Source: Candidatus Uhrbacteria bacterium
GTDB lineage: Bacteria; Patescibacteriota; Patescibacteriia; JACQSD01
Direction of reading: 5' to 3'
Length of the DNA stretch: 43,339 nt
Assembly (NCBI GenBank): GCA_016206165.1
Contig: JACQSD010000040.1
Span: forward strand, 1-43,339
Part shown: positions 24,020 through 32,995 of the stretch, piece after piece
How the letters are laid out: each line of letters starts with the position of its first letter
Numbering within the stretch: position 1 is the stretch's first letter
Program-made: the position numbers and the translations under genes
Notes under the pieces: generated by a model
Seen by the model: the letters and a program-made list of their open reading frames with translations, nothing else
Database searches by the model: none
What the model was told of the DNA's origin: nothing

Positions 24020-27000
24020 ATGTCCTTCGTGCATTTGCATACTCACTCCCATTACTCACTCCTCGACGGGCTTGCGAAGATCCCGGATCTTGTCGCGCGT
24101 GCGAAAGAACTTGGCATGACTGCACTCGCACTCACCGATCATGGCGCGATGTATGGCGCGATTGAATTTTATCAGGCATGTCTGAAGGCAGGAATCAAAC
24201 CAATCATTGGTGAAGAAATGTACGTCGCTCCACACGGGCATCAACAAAAACGCGCGCAGATCGATGAGAAGCGGTTTCATCTCATTCTCCTTGCAAAGAA
24301 TAACACTGGCTACAAAAATCTTATCAAACTCACAACTGCTGCACATCTTGAAGGATTTTATTATAAACCTCGCATTGATCTTGAACTCCTCCAGCGATAC
24401 CACGAGGGGCTCATTGCGCTTTCTGCATGTCAGTCAGGCGAGGTCGGCGAGGCAGCAGAGACGGGTGACGTTGAGGCGACCATGAAAGTCGCGGAGAAGT
24501 ATCGCGCGGTCTTTGGTGACGATTATTATCTTGAAGTACAGCCGCACCCCAGACTCCCCGGGCGTATCACTGCGAACAATACGATTTTTGAAGTAGGGAA
24601 GCGCTTGCAGGTTCCGATCATCGCGACGTACGACAGCCATTATTTGCATCCCGAAGATGCGGACGCGCAGGATATTCTTTTATGTTTGCAAACAAAGAAA
24701 ACAAAAGATGATCCAAATCGAATGTCGATGGCGAACGAAGACTTCTCGCTTGCGTCGCCCGAAGCGATGATCGCGGCATTTCCGGATCATCCGGAGGTGA
24801 TTGCAAATACGCTTGCGGTTGCTGAAAAATGCAATGTAACCATTGAACTTGGGAAGACCACATTACCGCGCTATGCGTTACCAGAAGGAAAGACGGTCGA
24901 TGGATATTTACGAGAGTTGTGTGAACAAGGGATTCCAAAGCGGTATCCGCAGCTAGCAGCTAGCAGCCAGCAGCTAGCAGCAGTGGAGGCGCGACTCGAC
25001 TATGAACTCGGAGTGATCACGAAAACGGGGTTTGCTTCCTATTTTTTAATTGTCCAAGATTTTGTGAACTGGGCGAAAGATCATGGGATTGTGGTTGGGC
25101 CTGGGCGTGGGAGTGCGGCGGGGTCGATCGTGTCGTATCTTTTAAATATCACGAATCTTGATCCGCTTGCGTACGAGCTTGTTTTTGAGCGGTTCTTGAA
25201 TCCTGAACGTATCTCGATGCCAGATATTGATCTTGATTTTGCGGACACGCGGCGGGATGAAGTGCTCCGTTATGTCGAAGAAAAATATGGCCGTGATCAC
25301 GTGGCGCAGATTATTACGTTTGGGACCATGGCAGCACGTGCGGCAATTCGCGATGTTGGTCGCGTTTTAGGCATATCCTATGCGACATGCGATAAAATTG
25401 CGAAGCTGATCCCCATGTTTATGGAGCTCGACGAGGCATTGAACACAGTGCCGGAATTGAAGAGTATGGTTGCGACAGATCCCGAAGTAAAGCAGTTCCT
25501 CGATGCGTCACGAAAACTTGAAGGCGTTGCGCGGCATGCGTCCACGCATGCATGTGGCGTTGTCATTACCCCAGAACCACTCCAAGAATACGTCCCACTC
25601 CAATACGCGAGTGCGTCGGACGAATCCATTATCTCACAGTACTCGCTCCACCCTGTTGAAGATCTTGGACTATTGAAAATGGATTTTCTTGGATTGACCA
25701 ATCTTACGCTCATTGAAACATGCATTGATATCTTAAAAAAGATGCACGGCATTGACATCAACATTGATACGATTCCGCTCGATGACGCAAACGCATTCAA
25801 ACTCCTCCAAGACGGATTAACCACGGGGGTATTTCAACTTGAATCATCGGGCATGACTCGGTATTTGAAATTATTAAAACCATCGTCACTTGAAGATATC
25901 ATTGCCATGGTCGCGCTCTACCGCCCGGGCCCCATGGAACTCATCCCCGATTTTATTAATGGGAAACACGGAAAAAAGAAGGTGACCTATATTCATCCAA
26001 AATTAAAACCGATTCTTGAAAAAACATACGGTGTCGCGGTGTATCAGGAGCAAGTGCTCCAAATTGCCCGCGATCTCGCCGGGTTTACCTTAGGTGAAGC
26101 TGACGTCCTCCGCAAGGCGGTTGGGAAAAAAATTGCGAAGTTGTTGAATGAACAGAAAGAAAAATTTGTGAAGGGATGTATTGCAAATGGACTCGCTGAG
26201 TCAACAGCGATTAAAATTTTTGAATTTATCGAACCATTCGCTGGGTATGGTTTTAACCGCGCGCACGCCGCATGTTATGCCCTCCTTGCCTATCAAACGG
26301 CATATTTGAAGGCGAACTATCCGACCGAATTTATGACTGCCCTTCTTACTGCGGAGCAGGGCGATGTTGATCGTGCGTCAAAGCTCGTGAACGAATGCCG
26401 CGCAATGGGTATCACCGTACTCCCGCCTGATATCAATGAAAGCTACTCCACATACACGGCGGTGAAGGATGCGGCAACACCGACGATTCGGTTTGGGCTC
26501 CTCGCGATTAAAAACATGGGAGAGAACGTGGTAAAAGCACTCATTCATGAGCGGAAAGCGAAGGGGCAATACGTGTCGCTCCAAGATATGTTGACGCGTG
26601 TGCATCATAAAGATTTGAATAAAAAATCACTCGAAAGTCTCATTCGCTCTGGATCACTCGATCGGTTTGGAGAACGAAATCAATTACTTGTCAACATCGA
26701 GACGCTCCTTTCTTTCAATCGTCGTGCGGTTGGAGAGGCGTCGAATGGGCAAACAAGCTTGTTTGCTGGCGCAGCATCAAGTGTGACCGCGCTCACGTTG
26801 CATCCTGTGGAGCCGGTATCGCGCATGCAATCGCTCGCGTGGGAGCGCGAACTCCTTGGCCTCTATATTACCGAGCATCCACTCGACACGTATCGTGATC
26901 GCATCCCGAGTGGTACAACCACCATTGCAGCGCTCAAAGAATCAAAAGCGACCACAACGGTGACCATTGCCGCGATTGTGATGACAATGCGCCGTATTAT

Positions 27001-27433
27001 CACAAAAAAAGGGGACCCCATGCTTTTTGTGACGCTCGAAGATCAGAGTGGATCGGTGGAAGGTATTGTGTTTCCACGAACGTACGAGGCAGCGTCCGCG
27101 CTCTGGCGGCCGGATGTTGTCCTTGTGTGCCATGGAACGTATTCGGAAAAGGAGGGGGAGCCGAAATTTATTGTCGATGAGGCGAAGGAGTTGACGAATG
27201 GAGCACGTGTGTCGACGAATGAGATATTCCTTATTTCCGTTGCAGCTAGAGAGCGCGATCGTTTGCCGGAGTTGAAGATATTGCTCGAACGGCATCCGGG
27301 GCGGGCGCGTGTCGTGCTTGATATGGAAGAGGGGGGGAACACACGCCGCATTGCGACGAGTTTGTATGTCGAACAATCCGATGAGCTTAAGAAAAAATTA
27401 CGAGTTCTCCTTGGGAACGTGTGCGGTGAATGA
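24020..27433 (+). CDS. dnaE: DNA polymerase III alpha subunit
   Basis: The PHP domain starts at MSFVHLHTHSHYSLLDG. GPGRGSAAGS and a C-terminal OB fold are also present. The ORF-track start at 23864 runs through a terminator and a repeat. Confidence 0.95.
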   Translation: MSFVHLHTHSHYSLLDGLAKIPDLVARAKELGMTALALTDHGAMYGAIEFYQACLKAGIKPIIGEEMYVAPHGHQQKRAQIDEKRFHLILLAKNNTGYKNLIKLTTAAHLEGFYYKPRIDLELLQRYHEGLIALSACQSGEVGEAAETGDVEATMKVAEKYRAVFGDDYYLEVQPHPRLPGRITANNTIFEVGKRLQVPIIATYDSHYLHPEDADAQDILLCLQTKKTKDDPNRMSMANEDFSLASPEAMIAAFPDHPEVIANTLAVAEKCNVTIELGKTTLPRYALPEGKTVDGYLRELCEQGIPKRYPQLAASSQQLAAVEARLDYELGVITKTGFASYFLIVQDFVNWAKDHGIVVGPGRGSAAGSIVSYLLNITNLDPLAYELVFERFLNPERISMPDIDLDFADTRRDEVLRYVEEKYGRDHVAQIITFGTMAARAAIRDVGRVLGISYATCDKIAKLIPMFMELDEALNTVPELKSMVATDPEVKQFLDASRKLEGVARHASTHACGVVITPEPLQEYVPLQYASASDESIISQYSLHPVEDLGLLKMDFLGLTNLTLIETCIDILKKMHGIDINIDTIPLDDANAFKLLQDGLTTGVFQLESSGMTRYLKLLKPSSLEDIIAMVALYRPGPMELIPDFINGKHGKKKVTYIHPKLKPILEKTYGVAVYQEQVLQIARDLAGFTLGEADVLRKAVGKKIAKLLNEQKEKFVKGCIANGLAESTAIKIFEFIEPFAGYGFNRAHAACYALLAYQTAYLKANYPTEFMTALLTAEQGDVDRASKLVNECRAMGITVLPPDINESYSTYTAVKDAATPTIRFGLLAIKNMGENVVKALIHERKAKGQYVSLQDMLTRVHHKDLNKKSLESLIRSGSLDRFGERNQLLVNIETLLSFNRRAVGEASNGQTSLFAGAASSVTALTLHPVEPVSRMQSLAWERELLGLYITEHPLDTYRDRIPSGTTTIAALKESKATTTVTIAAIVMTMRRIITKKGDPMLFVTLEDQSGSVEGIVFPRTYEAASALWRPDVVLVCHGTYSEKEGEPKFIVDEAKELTNGARVSTNEIFLISVAARERDRLPELKILLERHPGRARVVLDMEEGGNTRRIATSLYVEQSDELKKKLRVLLGNVCGE
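24950..24983. repeat. GCTAGCAG word block, in frame in dnaE
   Basis: CAGCTAGCAGCTAGCAGCCAGCAGCTAGCAGCAG, translated QLAASSQQLAAV. Confidence 0.85.
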
Positions 27434-27473
27434 CCTTTCTTTTTTTAACCAATTATTGTATGCTCAATGGACT

Positions 27474-28607
27474 ATGACAACCGCGACAATAGAGAAAAAA
27501 GCTGGGGATACGTTATCTGAGTCGGAGCGTGCTGAAGCAGCACTTGCGACGCTCGCTGAGCGTGGGCAACGCGAAGGTGTAGAACGGAGCGTGCTCCGAT
27601 CATTGAGTGACCCGATGCGAGACGCGCTCGCTGATTTTGAACGTGGCACCATTGATGATTTGCCACCGGAGGTTTCCGGTAAAGCGAGAACAGATTTGCA
27701 GCTCAAGACGGCGCTCCTCATTCGCGAGGGTTTCGAAGGGAATATTAAAGGACTCATGAATGATAAATACTCGCGTGCGAACCTCAAGTTACGGATTCAC
27801 GAAATGATTGGCATAGTACGTGCGGGCGGTGATCATGGAGAAGGGAAAAATGAAGCGATTGAGTACGCAAAACGGAGCGCATTTTTTCAATTTGATCTTG
27901 ATGGATTGAAAGCAGTGAATGATCTTGGGTCCATGGCGCTCGGGAATGTATATCTGGCAGAATTTGGAAAAGCAATGAACGATGTAAAGGAAAAAATTGA
28001 ACACGATGGTGCACATGTGGCGCTGACGCGTGATGGCGGCGATGAATTTGGCTTTTTTGTATCGTTCAATGATCGTTTTTGCACTGAAAAAGAGATTCAT
28101 TCTATAGTTACAGCGGTGCAAGAGGCGTTTGCAAAAAGGACAGCAGGAATTCTCAATGTACAAGATTCTGCAATCCGTGCAAAGATTGAGGGAAAGGGAT
28201 TGCAGTTTTCAGAAGATATTGCATTTCATGGTACGGTCAGTGGCGGAGGCATTTCGATATATGAGGCACTCGTCGACGGCCATGACTACGTGGAATCAGC
28301 GGATGGCTATCAGCGATCGCTTGACGTGCTTGCCGGTGATGTGATGCGTGAACGGGCGATCGAACGCGCAAAAAAACAAAAAACACTTGAGCGTCTCCGA
28401 TGGGCAAAGGGCACGGAACAAGAGCAATTTCATGCCGCCATCCTGAATACTTTCCGTGGAGTTCCTGTTGAGGAAGTTGAGCGCCTCGAACAAAAATACG
28501 CTGATATTCAGGATGAACTCGCGCGCGTCCAAGCGGAAAACGCAGAGTTACGATTAGCATTACAAGCGAAAGACGAGGATTATGCCAAAGAAAGAGCAGT
28601 CGCCTGA
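27474..28607 (+). CDS. GGDEF-domain nucleotide cyclase-like protein with a C-terminal coiled coil
   Basis: FQFDLDGLKAVNDLGSMALGNVYL...TRDGGDEFGFFV...TVSGGGISIY follows the GGDEF-domain order (DxD-FK-ND, GGDEF, TxSxG). GHxxGD is replaced by GSMALGN. The start is taken at MTTATIEKK, after the dnaE stop. Confidence 0.7.
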   Translation: MTTATIEKKAGDTLSESERAEAALATLAERGQREGVERSVLRSLSDPMRDALADFERGTIDDLPPEVSGKARTDLQLKTALLIREGFEGNIKGLMNDKYSRANLKLRIHEMIGIVRAGGDHGEGKNEAIEYAKRSAFFQFDLDGLKAVNDLGSMALGNVYLAEFGKAMNDVKEKIEHDGAHVALTRDGGDEFGFFVSFNDRFCTEKEIHSIVTAVQEAFAKRTAGILNVQDSAIRAKIEGKGLQFSEDIAFHGTVSGGGISIYEALVDGHDYVESADGYQRSLDVLAGDVMRERAIERAKKQKTLERLRWAKGTEQEQFHAAILNTFRGVPVEEVERLEQKYADIQDELARVQAENAELRLALQAKDEDYAKERAVA

Positions 28608-29718
28608 AGTGGCGAGCCCAAAATTTCTTCTCTACAAGCGGCTTGCGGTGGGATTTTTGTGTCTCACATTCCTTTTTATTCTCATCATTGGCATCGTGAC
28701 GTATTGGACCGCAACGATTACGATTGTCCCCGCGCGCATCCCTGCAGAAACAACGTTCCGTGCGATTGTCGTGCAGGGGAGAGAGGAGGTTGCCGGTGCA
28801 CTGGTTCCCGGTGCCATCGATACCGCACTCTTGACAGGCACGGGAGAAATTTCAGTTCCGACGACCGAGCGCGTTGAAGGAAAGGCGCGTGGAAAAGTGA
28901 CGATTAAAAATACATCGAGCCGTGCGCAGCCATTGGTCGTGAAGACGCGGCTGCTCACGAACAACGGCGTGCTCTTCCGTTTAACAAAGAGTGTTGACGT
29001 TCCTCCGAAGGGATCGGTCGAGGCTCCAGTTGAGGCAGATGTCGCGGGTGCAGAAGGAGATCTTACACCAACGCGGTTCACGATCCCGGGGCTCAACCCG
29101 CAACTCCAAGAGCTCATTTATGCCGAGTCGTCAAAACCCATGGAAGGAGGGTTGCGTATGATTGGAGTTGTCGGGCAAGATCATCTTGATCAGGCGGTTG
29201 CCGCAGCGAAAGAGAACGCAGTGAAGACATTTACCGATGCGCATCCTGCGCAAGCACGCGTTTCTTTCTTTGATCGCGTTGACGTGCTTCGCGTAAAAAC
29301 AGAAGAGAAAGTTGGTGATAAAACATCGGTCGTGCATGGGGAAGCGCAGGTGCGGATTACCCGCGTGCGCGTACCCCTCGAACATCTTGAGGAGGTGGGT
29401 GCAGTGAAGTTGAGTGAGGCCATTGGCAATCGTATTACGTTGCTTCCATTACCACTGACGATTGATGCGACACTCGATGCGGTCGACACAAAAACGGGCC
29501 GCGCATCATTGACCGTGCATACGATTGGGTATAGCGCAGTCGACAAAGCAAGCCCTGCGCTTGCCCTTGATCAGTTTGTGGGGAAGTCGCGCGGGCTCAT
29601 CGAAAAATCACTCCGCGATCTTCCGGGGGTTGCGAGCGTCCGCGTGCAGATTCGCCCATTCTTTATGCCCCGCACGCCGTATTTGCAGGATCACATCAGT
29701 ATTGTCGTGAGTAAGTAA
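28582..29718 (+). CDS. Membrane-anchored hypothetical protein (possibly of the family often annotated baseplate J-like in CPR genomes)
   Basis: RBS GAGGA. It overlaps the GGDEF gene by 26 nt. An N-terminal TM helix (LAVGFLCLTFLFILIIGIVTYW) is followed by a beta-rich ectodomain (GKVTIKNTSSRAQPLVVKTRLLTNNGVLFRL). The family assignment is from memory only. Confidence 0.55.
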   Translation: MPKKEQSPEVASPKFLLYKRLAVGFLCLTFLFILIIGIVTYWTATITIVPARIPAETTFRAIVVQGREEVAGALVPGAIDTALLTGTGEISVPTTERVEGKARGKVTIKNTSSRAQPLVVKTRLLTNNGVLFRLTKSVDVPPKGSVEAPVEADVAGAEGDLTPTRFTIPGLNPQLQELIYAESSKPMEGGLRMIGVVGQDHLDQAVAAAKENAVKTFTDAHPAQARVSFFDRVDVLRVKTEEKVGDKTSVVHGEAQVRITRVRVPLEHLEEVGAVKLSEAIGNRITLLPLPLTIDATLDAVDTKTGRASLTVHTIGYSAVDKASPALALDQFVGKSRGLIEKSLRDLPGVASVRVQIRPFFMPRTPYLQDHISIVVSK

Positions 29719-29730
29719 TTAATGTAAATT

Positions 29731-29777
29731 GACCTCACCCCAACCCTCTCATTGTAGGAGAGGGCGCGGGTGAGGTT
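29731..29777. repeat. Family-A element, full length, intergenic
   Basis: GACCTCACCCCAACCCTCTCATTGTAGGAGAGGGCGCGGGTGAGGTT. Confidence 0.9.
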
Positions 29778-29801
29778 ATTCGCAGCTCTCGGATTTTATT
29801 T

Positions 29802-31553
29802 ATGACGCAGGATCAGCAACAAAAACTGCAACAGATTCGTCATTCACTCGCGCACTTAACGGTTGCGGCAGCGAAATCACTGTGGCCAGGAACATGTAAT
29901 GCGATTGGCCCTGCGATTGATGATGGGTTTTATCAGGATTTTGATTTTGGTACGCACACAATTTCAGAAAAAGATTTCCCAAAACTTGAGAAGCGCATGC
30001 GTGAAATTCTAAAACACTGGAAACCATTTAAGGAATGGGAGGTTTCTGTCGAGGAAGCACGGAAGATGTTTGCGAATAATCCTTATAAACTCGAGCTTAT
30101 TGAAGATTTTGCAACGAAGGGGCAAAAGATTACAGTGAACGACCCGGGGAATTTTCTCGATCTTTGTCGTGGTGGGCATTCAGACAATCCAAAAGAGGAC
30201 ATGAAGCATTTTAAACTTCTCTCTACCGCAGGCGCATATTGGCGTGGGGACGAAAAGAAAAAGATGTTGACCCGCATTTATGGAACAGCTTTCTTTACCG
30301 ATGAAGACTTGCAAAAGCATTTAACGATGCTCGAGGAGGCGAAGAAACGTGATCATCGGAAACTTGGGGTTGAACTTGATCTTTTCACGTTTTCTGATCT
30401 TGTTGGGCCTGGACTTCCACTCTGGACACCACGGGGGACACTCATCCGTAATCTTCTTAATGATTTTGTGTGGGAATTACGGCGGGCACGTGGCTATGAG
30501 CGCGTGACAATCCCGCATATCACAAAAAAGGATCTGTATGAGAAAAGTGGGCATTGGGATAAGTTTAAGAATGAACTTTTCCGCATCACAACGCGCGAAG
30601 AACATGTATTTGCAATGAAGCCGATGAATTGTCCGCACCACATCCAGATTTTTAAGCGCCAGCCGCACAGCTATCGTGAAATGCCGCAGCGCTATACGGA
30701 AACAACAATGGTCTATCGCGATGAACAGACGGGCGAACTCTCTGGTCTTTCGCGCGTGCGCTGCATTACGCAAGACGATGCGCATGTATTTTGCCGGCAA
30801 AGTCAGATTAAGGATGAGTTCTTGAAAGTGTGGGATATCATTGATGCGTTTTATAAGGCAGTTGGATTTTCTGTTTTGGATGTTCGGCTTTCACTCCACG
30901 ACCCCAAACATTTTGAAAAATATCTTGGGACGCCAGAGCTTTGGAAAGAGGCAGAGGGGAGTCTTCGTGCGATTGCAACGGAGCGCGCAAAGCAATTTAC
31001 TGAAGCACCAGGTGAGGCAGCGTTTTATGGTCCAAAGGTTGATTTTATGGCGCACGATTCAATCGGTCGGCAGTGGCAGGTCGCGACAATCCAACTCGAC
31101 ATCAACATGCCGGAACGCTTTGATCTCACGTGCGTGAATGAGAAAGGTGAGAATGAACGTATTGTCATGATCCATGCGGCCATCATGGGTTCGATCGAGC
31201 GTTTTGTTTCTGTACTCATCGAACATCACGCCGGTGCATTCCCCACGTGGTTAGCGCCGGTGCAGGTTCAAGTACTCCCAGTGAGTACAAAGCATGATCG
31301 GTCGGCGAAGAAGTTGACGAAGTTATTGCTCGAGGCCGGTATTCGCGTCCATTGTGATGACGCGAACGAAACCGTCGGCTACAAAATCCGCAAGGCAGAG
31401 AAGCAGAAGGTGCCCTACATGCTTGTGATTGGCGACAAGGAAGCGAAGCTCACGAAACTCGCTGTCCGCCTCCGTGGTCAACAGAAGACAAAGGATATGA
31501 TGGTGAAGAAGTTTGTGGAGCGTGTGACGAAGGAGATAGAGAAGAGAAAATAA
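29802..31553 (+). CDS. thrS: Threonine--tRNA ligase lacking the N-terminal TGS domain
   Basis: The editing-domain motif RHSLAHL sits at residues 13-19, whereas I recall it near residue 70 in the E. coli enzyme. Class II core and anticodon-binding C-terminus follow. 583 aa. Confidence 0.94.
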   Translation: MTQDQQQKLQQIRHSLAHLTVAAAKSLWPGTCNAIGPAIDDGFYQDFDFGTHTISEKDFPKLEKRMREILKHWKPFKEWEVSVEEARKMFANNPYKLELIEDFATKGQKITVNDPGNFLDLCRGGHSDNPKEDMKHFKLLSTAGAYWRGDEKKKMLTRIYGTAFFTDEDLQKHLTMLEEAKKRDHRKLGVELDLFTFSDLVGPGLPLWTPRGTLIRNLLNDFVWELRRARGYERVTIPHITKKDLYEKSGHWDKFKNELFRITTREEHVFAMKPMNCPHHIQIFKRQPHSYREMPQRYTETTMVYRDEQTGELSGLSRVRCITQDDAHVFCRQSQIKDEFLKVWDIIDAFYKAVGFSVLDVRLSLHDPKHFEKYLGTPELWKEAEGSLRAIATERAKQFTEAPGEAAFYGPKVDFMAHDSIGRQWQVATIQLDINMPERFDLTCVNEKGENERIVMIHAAIMGSIERFVSVLIEHHAGAFPTWLAPVQVQVLPVSTKHDRSAKKLTKLLLEAGIRVHCDDANETVGYKIRKAEKQKVPYMLVIGDKEAKLTKLAVRLRGQQKTKDMMVKKFVERVTKEIEKRK

Positions 31554-31630
31554 ATCACTCACGAATTACGAATCACATACGAATTCACGAATTCGTAAAT
31601 TCGTATCGTATTCGTATTTTCGTTAGTGAT
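31554..31630. repeat. ~77-nt imperfect palindrome of ACGAAT/ATTCGT and AATCAC words between thrS and the MFS gene
   Basis: It is centred on ACGAA|TTCGT at 31590/31591. The arms are ATCACTCACGAATTACGAATCACATACGAATTCACGAA and TTCGTAAATTCGTATCGTATTCGTATTTTCGTTAGTGAT. Confidence 0.85.
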
Positions 31631-31634
31631 ACGC

Positions 31635-32807
31635 ATGCCCCATATTGCTGAACACTTGAATCAACACAAACTGCGCCTGCTTTCCGCAGTTTCTTTTGTG
31701 TTGAGTATTACAACAGCGCTTCTCACGTATCTTGAGTCGAAATATCTTGTGCAACTTATTGGTGAGCGTTGGTCTGGGCTAGGTTTTTTTATTGCATATG
31801 GAATAACTCTCGTTGTTCTTGATAACCTTGCACGCATTGTGAATCGATTCGGCAAGATGCACACTGCGCTTCTGTTTACGTCGTTGACAGTGGCGAGTCT
31901 TGGGCTGCTTGCGACACTCCCGCCAGTGCCGTGGCTTGCGCTTCCCGCGTTTATTCTCTATATCGTATCGCTGTCACTCCTCTGGATTGTCATTGATTTT
32001 TTTATCGAAGTGTATTCTTCCGATGCGGTGACGGGTGAAGTGCGTGGGCGATATCTCACGATCATGAATGCAGGGTGGGTGATTACGCCATTCTTTGCAC
32101 TCGCACTTTTTCAAACGTATGGATTCTCATTCCTCTTTGCGCTCGCGGCACTCCTCACCGTCCCGGTCTTTTTTGTGTTTCGCTATGCATTTCAACATGT
32201 TCCGGATCATCTCCGGCACCCCGTACGTTTTTTTACAACACTCCGGATGATTCTCCAGCGCCGATCGCTTTCATATATCTTCATTGTTGCTTTTGTACTT
32301 CAGTTTTTCTATGCATGGATGGTTTTTTACATGCCGCTTCACTTAAGTTCGCTTGGATTTGAGCCATGGGAGATCGGAAAGATTTTTACGATCATGTTAC
32401 TGCCCTTTGTTCTCTTGCAATATCCTGCAGGGATTCTTGCTGACCGGAGATGGGGCGAGAAGGAATTGTTGATCACTGGACTCGCGATCATGGGCATTGC
32501 AACGAGTGCAGTCTTCTTTGTAGAATCAAAAGACTTTTTGGTGTGGGCAGGGATCCTCTTTGCAACGCGTGTGGGCGCAAGTCTTATCGAAATTATGCGT
32601 GATACATATTTTTTTAAGCAGATTGATTATCGTGATTTGCAACTCATGAGTTTTTTTCGGAATACTGGTCCGCTTGCGTACATGATGGGTCCACTCATCG
32701 CAACACTACTCCTTTTCTTCGTTGAGCGCCAAACACTCTTCTTGATTCTCGGGATCTTCGTGCTCTCGAGCATTTTCTTCGCTGCACGGTTGAAGGATAC
32801 ACGATAA
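31635..32807 (+). CDS. MFS-type transporter
   Basis: About 390 aa, made almost entirely of hydrophobic helices with short loops (DRRWGEKE between the halves). The start is taken at MPHIAEHL; the ORF track uses GTG 31626, inside the spacer palindrome. Confidence 0.75.
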   Translation: MPHIAEHLNQHKLRLLSAVSFVLSITTALLTYLESKYLVQLIGERWSGLGFFIAYGITLVVLDNLARIVNRFGKMHTALLFTSLTVASLGLLATLPPVPWLALPAFILYIVSLSLLWIVIDFFIEVYSSDAVTGEVRGRYLTIMNAGWVITPFFALALFQTYGFSFLFALAALLTVPVFFVFRYAFQHVPDHLRHPVRFFTTLRMILQRRSLSYIFIVAFVLQFFYAWMVFYMPLHLSSLGFEPWEIGKIFTIMLLPFVLLQYPAGILADRRWGEKELLITGLAIMGIATSAVFFVESKDFLVWAGILFATRVGASLIEIMRDTYFFKQIDYRDLQLMSFFRNTGPLAYMMGPLIATLLLFFVERQTLFLILGIFVLSSIFFAARLKDTR

Positions 32808-32811
32808 TGAT

Positions 32812-32855
32812 ACATCACCCGGAGATTTCGGAATCCACATCTCCAGGTGATGTAC
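32812..32855. repeat. Family-B palindrome after the MFS gene
   Basis: TACATCACCCGGAGAT, then TTCGGAATCCAC, then ATCTCCAGGTGATGTA. Confidence 0.9.
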
Positions 32856-32861
32856 GTTTAT

Positions 32862-32891
32862 TGCCTCATGCCCATTATTCATGCTATACTT
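32862..32891 (+). promoter_or_regulatory. Putative promoter of the giant surface-protein gene
   Basis: TTGCCT-N18-TATACT. Confidence 0.45.
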
Positions 32892-32958
32892 ATAGACACT
32901 TAAGCATGATTCGATACTCTTTCGTTTATTTCTATCAATTAAACAATTCTTTTAACGC

Positions 32959-32995
32959 AAAAGAGACGCTTTTTTGAGCGCCTCTTTTCTTTTTT
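32959..32995 (+). terminator. Terminator-like hairpin abutting the giant-gene start codon (possible attenuator)
   Basis: AAAAGAGACGC-TTTTTTGA-GCGCCTCTTTT, then CTTTTTT, then ATG 32996. Confidence 0.4.

Noticed and set aside
28582-29718. A baseplate-J-like protein as evidence for a prophage or a contractile injection system
   Set aside because: No other phage, tail or sheath genes, integrase or att-like repeats are nearby. The resemblance is from memory of annotation labels only, and the gene is coupled to the GGDEF gene.
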